Assembly: GCF_009914755.1 (NCBI RefSeq)
Contig: NC_060944.1
Origin: the human T2T-CHM13v2.0 reference genome, Homo sapiens
Direction: 5' to 3' (one strand)
Length of the DNA stretch: 64,000 nucleotides
The notes beneath the pieces were generated by a model. The model was not told the DNA's origin. It was given only the letters and a program-made list of their open reading frames with translations, and did not search any database. Each line of letters opens with the position of its first letter. Positions within the stretch are counted from its first letter, which is position 1. Below are positions 38,071 through 47,897 of the stretch, one piece after another. The position numbers and the translations under genes were made by a program.

Positions 38071-38157
38071 CTCCCATGTCCTCAGGAGATACTGAATTCC
38101 CCCACAGCCCAGCACAAGGGGCCTGGGGGAATTCGGTATCTCCTGAGGCCATGGGAG
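38071..38157. repeat. Near-perfect hairpin/inverted repeat, 34-bp arms and 19-nt loop
   Basis: 38071-38104 vs reverse complement of 38124-38157: 32/34 identical. Confidence 0.95.
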
Positions 38158-41100
38158 TGGACGCTAGGTCTTTGGCTCCCGCTGCTGGCAGATTGTCGCA
38201 CATTGGCCTGGCCACAGTCTTGTCCCTGCCCCTGGGAAATGGGCCCTTGGTGGGCTGGGTTCTCTCGGGAGCAGGAGACCCACACTGAGGACTGATTGGG
38301 GGATAAAGAGGACAAAGGGTCACCCCATCCAAGGCCTGAGTTCCTAGTCTGAGCAGGCCTTGGGCACAAAGACTGGGATTGCCTTTCTGGGTAAACCTGA
38401 AGTCTGCGCCACTCCGTGGCTGGGCGGTCACTGCAGTGACGTTCTGCATCATGTCCCGAATACCCTCGGAGCAGCGCCAGGGTGGAAGTGCCATCCCTGG
38501 TCGAGGGGCTTGCCTGCACTGGAGCCTCACCCTCAGAGGGCAGATCCTTGCCCAGTGTCACACAACAAGGAGGTGACAAGGCCGAGAAAAGACCTCAGAG
38601 CTCAGGGTCTTACCTGAGATGGTGAGGCAGGTGGGTGAGGCACGAGCTCTTGTCTCCATACAGGCAAGAGGGGACCCCCAGGGTCACCCTGAAAAGGGGC
38701 CATGGTCGGATAGCCATGCCAGGGGCAGAGCATGGATGGGCTGGGGGGATGTAGACTGGGCCCGGGACAGATAAGAGCTGTATGTGGATCTCTATGGAAG
38801 GCCGCGGGGCCCAGGGACTCCTGTCTGGCAGGGGGTCCCCAGGGGAGCTGCCACATTCTGCTTTAGGCCTAGTGAGGCTCCACGTTTACCCAGCCAGGCA
38901 TCCCGGGCGGCTGTGCAGGCGGCTGGGTAGACAGTGGGAGGAGACTTTCTATTGGCCGAAGGTGTGACGGAATCCTACCCCTTCCTGGCAGCAGGATCCC
39001 AGGTGCCGTCTCCTGCTCCACAACAGTGAAGCCCCTGCAGTCGGCCTCTGGGTACGGTACACTCTCCACTAACTGCATCCTCCCCATGACCACGGGCCGC
39101 ACAGGCCTAGCTTCAACCCACTGTGGAGATGCACACACTGAGGCTCCGAGGGGCAAGGTGAGTCCAGCCTGGAGTTAGTGCCCCTCCAGGGCTGGTGCCT
39201 TCTGGAATGTCCAGGCACCGTCACTCTCCCCAGCACTTGAGGGAGGACGGAATAGGCTGTGGGCTCTTCACACCGGCAGTGACAAGCAGTGTGGCCTCCG
39301 GCAAATGTTCCACCTCTCTCATCCCCAGTTTCTCCTCTGGAAAGTGGGGTGAACCCCTGAAGTCCCTGATGGCATCCCTGGGCAGACGTAACCAGTGCTT
39401 GTTGCTGGAGTGGTAGCAACAGCAAATAAACACGTCGGGGCTTGAGAGCAGCAGGTCTGCAGCACGCCCTCCGGACAGCGTGCTGGGACGCACAGTGGGC
39501 CCCGGGTCTGTGGGCCAGGCATTCCCATCAGAGGTCCCAGGGCTGATGCTCCTTGCCCTGGCAACCTGGTGACGCACTGAGGCTGGGGCCTGATGCAAGC
39601 AGAGGTGTCCAGACCTGCCAGGGACAGGCCTTCCGGCTAGGGACTGTGGCCAACAGGCTTCTCAGCTGACTTGGCTCAGCCCAGGGACTCTGGGCGCCAC
39701 CACCAACCCCAGGCGTCCCCAGAAGTGGGGAGGCCACACTCAGTGCTGCCTGTTCTGTGAGTCCTCCCCACACCTGGTGAGCCCCGGCTCAGAGACGTGC
39801 CGCAGCCCCAGGGCTGGCCACGTGCCACCTCCTCCCCACAGTTCCCAGCCTGCTCTTTAAACAGCCGCTTCCTGCCCCACGTGGTTGAGTTACACATCCT
39901 GGGTGCAGAGATGGAAGCCATTAAGAGATTAACTCTGTGCCGCCCTTTGGTCCACCTGCTGAAGGATACCGAACAGCCGGGCTTCAGGCGGCCGACATGG
40001 AGCCGGGAGTTCACCGTCAGAGGCGGGCAAGTTCCCACCGACCCAGATCTGCCCTGTTTGCCCCTGACTTTGTGGAGATTCGAAAGGGAAATTCTTGGGG
40101 TTTCCAGAACACCCACCAATGCTCACAACTCTGAGAGATCAACACCCAGGACTGTAATGGAGAGCGGGGTCCCTCCTGCAGGGCTCTGTCCTCCTCACAC
40201 TCCCGCGCCCACTTCACCTGGTCCTGCACAGCACGGCCTCAAGAGCAGCTCGCCCCAACTTCCTGGCCACGGCCCTCGGCTTCCTTCATCCGTGCACCTG
40301 CTCCTGTCTGCGCCCATCCAACTCACCAGCAGCACCCCCTGGGACTGGCTCACAGCAACTTCCCAAACGCAGGGGGAATTTTGCATACCCCGTGTGTGTG
40401 CTGGGTAGAGATCTGTCAGGTGGATGGATGGATGGATGGAAGTGCTTTTATAGCCAGTAATGACCAGACCCGTGCTCTGTGCTAAAGCCCTGAATCTCTG
40501 GGGAGGTGGATGTGACTGTCAGCCCATTTTACAAATGGGGGATCTGAAGCCCCATTTTGTAGATCAGGGACAGGTCTGAGGGCACGTGGCCAGTACTGGT
40601 GGAGATGGGATTAAACTTAGGCCCCGGGACCTGGTGTCCTGTTGCCTCTATGGCTCTCCAAGGCATTGTGACCACATGACCAGATGTCAGCATAGCACGG
40701 GCACGAGGGCAGGGCCGCCACCTCCCTTCCGTCTGGGTCAGGGCTGCAGGACTGCAGGCACCTTTCCCACCACTACCCCGGTGGGTAAGAGCCAAATGCC
40801 GGCCCCTCGTCTCCACCATCCTGTTGTGTCAGGCCTCTGTGTGGACCCAGAATGCCTTCCTGTGCTGCCTGCCCCAGGTGCCTCCCTGCTTTCAGCCTCA
40901 TCTCTCTAGGTCTGTCTCCACTCAGCCTCGAGAGATGTGGGTCAAGACGGGGGTCAGCTTGCGCTGCTTGTGAGCCCAGCCCTGCCTCCCTAGCCGAGGG
41001 TTCCTCGCAGAGGCTCCCCCAGGTCCCAGTGGTCGCATCTCCTGCATGGCGCTATCACCACCGGGCGTCTCCTCATCTCCCTCCTGGAACGTCAGCTCCA

Positions 41101-41441
41101 TGACAGCAAGGACCTGTGTGCTGCCCTCTCCCCAGGCCCTGCACAGAGCCTGCGACCCGAGGCTGCTCGAGAGTCAGCTGAGTGCGTGAGTGGATCACGA
41201 AGCCTCTTCCCAGCCCAGCTCTTCATTCCCCACGTTCCTCCAGCATCTCTGAGGCCCGCCTGGCGGGTGCTTTCCTCCCATTTCAGGGGAGGAAGCTGCT
41301 GTCAGGTGGGCTCCCCAGCCCCTGTCTTCCTGCCCTGAATCTGTTTCCTGCAAACGCTGCCATTGGATCCCGTCTGAGTTTTTACAAGGGGCGTCCCACT
41401 GCCGCACCCTCAGGCCACAGATGGGATGGCGGGGCACTTAC

Positions 41442-41596
41442 TGAGGACAGGGCATCTTCTCTCCTCCGCCCCTGGCTGTGCCGGCTGATGAAGGACCGTG
41501 CAGACAGCTTGTAGTGGCTCAGCAGGCACGTGATCACCACCACCATCACCATCATCACCACCACGATGATGATGATCTGAACAAACTCCAGCTCCG
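41442..41596 (-). CDS. PMEPA1: PMEPA1 exon 2 (transmembrane domain [25 protein letters not shown]...EDALSS), 155 nt, phase 1/0
   Basis: Recognised protein. Acceptor TTTGTCTCCACAG and donor GTAAGT. Exon 1 lies beyond the right end of the window. Confidence 0.98.
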
Positions 41597-42169
41597 CTGT
41601 GGAGACAAAGAGGGACACGTGAGACCCTGGACACCTGCAGGTCGCTGTGCTCAGGGCTCAGCCCTTTTGAGCTTTTTCACCCACCTAGGGGGACGAGAGT
41701 GCAACCCAGACTCAGGAAAGCCCCCGCCACTCTCCCGGCAAGGTCACAGGCGATGCCTGGGGCTGGGGTACGTGCAGGGAAGCTGCTCTCACGGCGGAGG
41801 AGGGGGTACTGCTGGCTGGGAGAGCACCTCAAAGGTGTCCTGGGACCCAGACACCCCCTCTGTAGGGACTGACCGGAAGGAGGTAACGGGACAGGCAGGA
41901 GGAAGGCCCTGCTCTCTGCTCTCAGAGCCTCCTGGAGCCGTTCTGCAGATGCACAGCGTGATCTGACTGGCAGAAAGGGAGCCCTGCGCACTGGCTCCTG
42001 TCGCTGGGCAAAGGCTCGGGCAGACGGTCACAGACCCTTCTTAGGGGCCCAGGGAGGGAGCAGTTGGGAGGAGAAGGGGACCCCTGAGTGCGGAGAGAGG
42101 AAGTTGGCACTGAGTTTGGGAGTGAAGCTTTGTGGAATTAAACAAAGAGGAGCTACATGTGAACGTGTG

Positions 42170-42920
42170 TACACAAACCTATGCACACCTGACACTCCTA
42201 CACATATGTCAACACACCAACACTCCTACACACACAACACCAACACAAATGCCCCAACACTCCTACACACACAACGCTCCTAAGTACACGTCAACACCAA
42301 CACACACCCAACACTCCTACACAAATAACACCCCAACACGTACCCCTAACACTCCTACACACAAAACACCCCAACACTCCTACACACACAACACCCCAAC
42401 ACTCCTACACACACGTCAACAACGCTACATACTCCAACACTCCTACACACACGTCAACACCAACACATGACCCAACACTCCTACACAAATAACACCCCAA
42501 CACGTACCCCTAACACTCCTACACACACAACACCCCAACACTACATACTCCAACACTCCTACACACACATCAACACCAACACATGACCCAACACTCCTAC
42601 ACAAATAACACCCCAACACGTACCCCTAACACTCCTACACACACAACACCCCAACACTCCTCCACACACAACACCCCAACACTCCTACACACACGTCAAC
42701 AACACTACATACTCCAACACTCCTACACACACGTCAACACCAACACACGACCCAACACTCCTACACACATATCAACACCCCAACACACACCCCTCAACAG
42801 TCCCACACCCAAGTCAACATCCCAACACACACTTCCCAACAGACACAAACACACACAGACACAGCGCACCACACGTGCCCACACACACACATCCATCCCA
42901 GGACTCACAAACACACGCCA
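42170..42920. repeat. CA-rich minisatellite (~25-bp unit ACAACACCCCAACACTCCTACACAC) with higher-order duplications
   Basis: Repeated CCAACACTCCTACAC. A longer block CCCAACACTCCTACACAAATAACACCCCAACACGTACCCC recurs at ~42307, 42471 and 42587. Confidence 0.92.
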
Positions 42921-43825
42921 CGCTCAACAGGACGGGGGTGTCAGGACCCTCCTCTTGGTGAAAAGGCCTCAGAAAACCCACATTCCAGATGGCTGCGGAT
43001 GTTGCCATTCGCATTTTCTAAGGTTGGGTTTTTTTGTTTTTTCTTTTTTGGTTTTTGATTTGTTTTTCCCCTAGAAGGCGGAAAAACCCTCAAGTGCTGG
43101 AATAGGAAGAAGGTTATTTTGATCCTGCCTGAGCCGGGCAGTTTCTGCTGACTCAAGCGGGTCTGTGCCGAAGCGGCCTCGGCAGCTGGCCGAGCACGGT
43201 GCCAGCAGAGCCCCCAGCAATGGGCAAGACGCCGGGTCCCTTGGAGTTGACACGGCAGAGTGGGCACCAGCCGGCAGCGTCCGGGGCCAAAGCTCCTCCA
43301 GCTTCGCCCTGCCCAGGACACCCTGCCCAAGGTGTGCAGGAATGTGACTCCCCAGACCCCGGCTGGCATGGGGGCAAGGAGGACTCCCCAGGGCTCCCTG
43401 GCACTAACAAGCAATTAGCCAGGCTCCCTGGGGGCCCCAGTTCAAGCCCAGTGCCACTGACTCAGTTCCTCCTCCTCCCAGGACCGAGGAACCAAAGCCG
43501 GGGGAGGGGGATCGGGGTGGGCAGGTGTCAGGTGGCAACTGGAGAAAAAACAGGCCGTGCAGAGCCGATGCCAGGCGCTCGGGCCATCAGACAGCCCAGG
43601 CAAGCACACTCCAAACCCGGGGGGCCCAGCCATCTCCTGCCACCAGCCTCGCTCTCCCCAAGGCAGGAAAGCAGCCCATCCTAGGTGGGAATGTCACTGT
43701 CTGTGAAGTGGCAGACGCCTCTCCACACAGAAGCACTCCCACACCTGTGTCCACTGCCACTCCTTCTTCCCCAACAGGTTTTCCAGAACTTCCCCGTCTC
43801 GGGCACTTTATGCATCTGTGCCACC

Positions 43826-44105
43826 GCTCAGCGCGCCATTGTCTACACTGCTATTGAGCCAGTGTTTCTCAGCTGGGGCCGCGTCTGCACCCAGGGCTCA
43901 GCACGCCACCGTCTACACTGCTACTGAGCCAGTGTTTCTCAGCTGGGGCCGCGTTTGCACCCAGGGCTCAGCGTGCCACTGTCTACACTGCTACTGAGCC
44001 CGTGTTTCTCAGCTGGGGCCGCGTCTGCACCCAGGGCTCAGCGCGCCATTGTCTACACTGCTAATGAGCCAGTGTTTCTCAGCTGGGGCCACGTCTGCAC
44101 CCAGG
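43826..44105. repeat. Tandem repeat, 4 x 70 bp
   Basis: GCTCAGC... units start at 43826, 43896, 43966 and 44036 with few differences. Confidence 0.95.
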
Positions 44106-44285
44106 GAACATGTGGCAATGTCTGGAGCCATTTTTGGTTGTCACAACTGGGGGGTACTCCTGGCATGGAGTGGGTGGAGGCCAGGGGCTGTGGTAACCGT
44201 CCTGCACCGACAGGACTGTCCCCCATGACAAAGAATGATCCAATCCAGTCGGTCATGCTGTGGGCTGAGCACACCTAAGAACGGG
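44070..44285 (+). mobile_element. MER20 (hAT-Charlie)
   Basis: GGCAATGTCTGGAGCCATTTTTGGTTGTCACAACTGGGGG...GGGTGGAGGCCAGGG. Confidence 0.8.
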
Positions 44286-46401
44286 CGTTTTTATTATCAT
44301 CCCCATTTCACGGGTGAGGAGACACGGGCTCAGAGGGAAAAGTGATTGCCTCGAGAAGTCCAAGACCCTAGAGCTGGCGCGTCCTCCCACTAGGCTTGGT
44401 GGGGCTTTCCCAAGCCCCGAGAAGGCTTCGGCCCTGCCTGCTGGGAACTCAGGCCCCAAGCCCTGGGCCGCCTGTGGGACACCCGCATGTTCCTGGCCAG
44501 GAGAGATCAGGCTTCAGACCCAGGTCGCTGTGGCCACACCTCCTGTCTCCCCAGACAGGCAGGTCCAGGGCCGGGGCAGCCTGGCCTGATTCTGTAGGGC
44601 CCAGGTCCGTCTGTTAGCACTCAGGATAAAGCCGCATTCAGGGTACACACAGGGCTGGCTTTGTGTAACACCCACGCCCCCCCACCCCCGGGGCCTGCAA
44701 TTCCCTGCCCCCCAACCCTGTGCACTCTTCACCCCAGTTCCCCCTTCCCCAGCTGTCTCCAGGGGCCCAGCCCACATCAGCCCTGGAGGGAGGGAGGTGT
44801 GTGGCTGTTTTTGTCCCTGTCCCGGGCCCTGGCAGCCCGCAGGACCCAGACAGCAGCGAGACGGTAGCTGGGGCTGCAGGGCCGGTGGGATGCAGGGGCA
44901 ATGGAGGAGGCCCCTGCAGACTGAATGGGTGTGGACAAACCCTCACGGCTCTCCTGGCCCCGCCAGGCTCGGCCCCAGGGGCAGGGGGATCTGACTTTTG
45001 GACGTCTGTATCCACAGAGTGAGAAAAACGCTCCCAGAAATGAGCACCGGGCTCAGTAGCGCATAAGAGCGTCACCCTGGTCCTTGGGCCACCAACTCCC
45101 ATTGGGTCACTGGCCCAGGAAAATTCACATGGGAGAGGAGAGAGAAAAACTCTCTAGAAAAGAGAAACTACAACTGACTGCTGGCTAGACTTGGTGAGCC
45201 AAGGGCCTGGGTCCAGGCTTAGGGAGATGGAGATTTGCAAGGGTTGCCGAGACTACGGCTCAGGAGCACCCTGGAGAGGAGCAGGGTGGTGGCAGGGAAG
45301 CACAGTGGCTCTCTCAGAGGGCCCGGGTCCCAGCCTGGCTCTTGGGGGCCCTCTCTGAGTCCATCGCAGTCTCCCTGTGTCAGCGGGGGGACGGTGGGCA
45401 GCAGGGGGACAGTGGGCAGCAGGATGTGCGGGGGACATGTGCTCAGTGTGTAGTGCTCCCTGGAGGTGGACCCAGACACGGGATGCTCACTTCCATCCTG
45501 GCTCCACCAGAACAAGGGTGGCCCAAACCCATCCACCCTCAAAGAGACATGACCTGCTCTGGAATCGCAGAGGGAGCATCTAATGGAAGACCCTGGAGGG
45601 CTCCCTGTAAGGTGGGCACTGAGGCTTTTGGTGCAGGGCACGGAGGGCGGGGCAGAGTGGAGCACAGGCAGAGGGTATAGGTGAGCAGAGGCCGGAAGCC
45701 AGACCCTCCTGGATGCCCCTGGACATGCCCAGACCTGGAGGTGTTGAGGGGGGCAAGAGAGGTGCCCCAGCCAGCAGCCGGGTCACCCCCACCCATCAGG
45801 AAGGCAACACCCTGGGCCAAGGAGGCCCCGAAATCTCCATCCAGCTCCAGTCAAGCCCCACCGGCGCGGATGCTGTGCGGGAGGAAGGCTGGTCAGGCAC
45901 AGCAGCATTGGGGCCCACAAACAGGTCCAACGAAGACCACCCTTGGGCATGGGGTGAGGAGGCACCTTCCACGCACTTTCACACCCATGGTGCTGCTTCC
46001 AGGAGACGCTCAGCTTTAGGGGACAGGAATGCATTCTCTGGGGAGTGGACCATGCAGTGCCTGCTGGCGAGGTCGGTCGCAAACCAGAGACCCAAGGGCA
46101 CGCGCACCGACCGTCCCTGGCCCCAGCCGTGTTCCCACCTGGCATCACGGGAGCAGGGCTGTGGGCAGCCACCCTCTCCACAGGCCTGGTCCCGGGACTC
46201 ACCTGGCCTGGGACAGCCACGCCCTGACACTGTCGGTCCCCACCCCACACCACCCCAGGGATGCCTGAGACTCAGCATGCGGGCCTCTACGACGCACTGA
46301 TCAGGGCCCACTCAGGCCGAGTTCATCAAGCATGGGCTCCCTCCCCACACTAAGTCCCACACATCCCTCTGGGCAGGCACCGTGAATCCACCAGCAAAGA
46401 C

Positions 46402-46494
46402 CCCTTGGGGGAGAGAAAGGTGCCTCCCCGCAAAGGCCTCGGAGTCAAGTTCAAAACACGATGTGTGTATGAAGCGGCACCAATATAAACACGG
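46402..46494 (+). repeat. Arm A of a 93-bp inverted repeat
   Basis: 89/93 identical to the reverse complement of 47805-47897. Confidence 0.95.
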
Positions 46495-47804
46495 CTCTCC
46501 ACCCGCGGCAGCTCGCAGAATCCTCTTCGTGCCTGCATTTGTTCCGAGGAGCGCAGGGAGGCTGCTGGGGCCCATTCCCAGTCGCAGCTTGAGAGCCGGA
46601 CTCTCAGGATCAGATGCCTCGCGGGCAAGGGAAGGAACCCCAGCAGGACTGCCAACGCGAGGCGGAAGGAGAGAAGACCCAGCGCGGCCGCATCCCTCCC
46701 TCTCTCCAGAGGACCCTGGAGCCAGCTGTGAAGCTGTGGTCCTTTAAGGCTGGAACCTCATTTAAGAGTTTTAAAAGGGCCAAGCAGGCCACACCCAAGG
46801 CATCTGCAGGGCAGGCGGCTTCAGGACTTCTGGCCAAGAGTTGGGCCCCAGGTCACTTAGTGACTACTGGCAGATATGGAGCCACACCAATCCTGCCTCA
46901 GTTTCCCTAATCTGACAGACTGCCCCTTTACCAAGGCATGGACAAAGACATCCCAGATCAAATGCCCAGTATGACACCTGCAGGGGTGGGTCCTACCACT
47001 GTCCCTGACCTAGGCTCAACTCTGCTGTGACCACAGGACACATTGCCAAGCAGTCATAGGCCACAGGGGACAGAGCAGGAGAGGGCACACCCAAACTCAC
47101 TGTAGTCACTGTAAGTATTGTCATGATTCTAACACATGACCCGGGGCCACTGAGCTGAGCCTCCCCAATTTAGGTAACATCACCATGCCCATTTTGCAGA
47201 TGAAGAAACTGAGGCTTAGGGAGAAGTAGCCCTAGAAGATGCAACTAGGAGCAAGGTTGAGACTTGAGCCCAGAGCCGCCATATAGGAACTCAAAAGGGG
47301 GAAGGGTTTCATTCTCCTGCTAAATTTTCCTAGCTCGCCCACGGCGTTAGTTCGCCCGCCCCCTGCCCCGGGAATCTGAGGATGTGGTTCTGATGTTCTG
47401 GTCCAGTCCTTGTGCATCCATTGTCTGTGTGATGCTGTGCGCATCTACCTCCTTGAGAGGAAGTTACCTCATCTGTCAAAAAAAAAAAAAAAAAAGAACC
47501 AACCGGGGCAGGGGTGAAATAATGGATGCGAGAGCTCAGAACGGGACAGAACGTAGCACACTCAACTGTCACCATTGTCACAATTACTGACACTCCTCTG
47601 GGGACAAAAAGCATCCCTCGTTCCCCTGATGCTCCCTGGAAATGCTGAGGTTTGCTGGGCTGCAGAGTACAAGCCTGCTTAGCCAGGTGTTCCCTGACTG
47701 GCTTCTGTCCCCAAGGTGGGAGATTTGAGCTCAAGTCAGTTCCAAAGGTCACCCAGGATGGTGGCTGGACCCAAGGCCCCCCAGGGGCTAACATGCGCTG
47801 GATC

Positions 47805-47897
47805 CCATGTTTATATTGGTGCCGCTTCATACACACATCATGTTTTGAACTTGACTCTGAGGCCCTTGCGGGGAGGCACCTTTCTCTCCCCCAAGGG
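47805..47897 (-). repeat. Arm B of the 93-bp inverted repeat
   Basis: See arm A. The peptide PWGRERCLPA.ASESSSKHDVCMKRHQYKHG appears on opposite strands in the ORF track. Confidence 0.95.

Noticed and set aside
39460-39481. REST/RE1-like motif CAGCACG-N6-GGACAGCG
   Set aside because: Mismatch in the left half-site and non-canonical spacing make it too weak.
41478-41966. ORF with a poly-His tract
   Set aside because: Antisense reading of the PMEPA1 TM codons (GTG/ATG).
42132-43074. Thr/Pro/His-rich mucin-like ORFs
   Set aside because: Translation of the CA-rich minisatellite.
43826-44105. CRISPR-like repeat array
   Set aside because: Head-to-tail units with no unique spacers, eukaryotic context and no cas genes.
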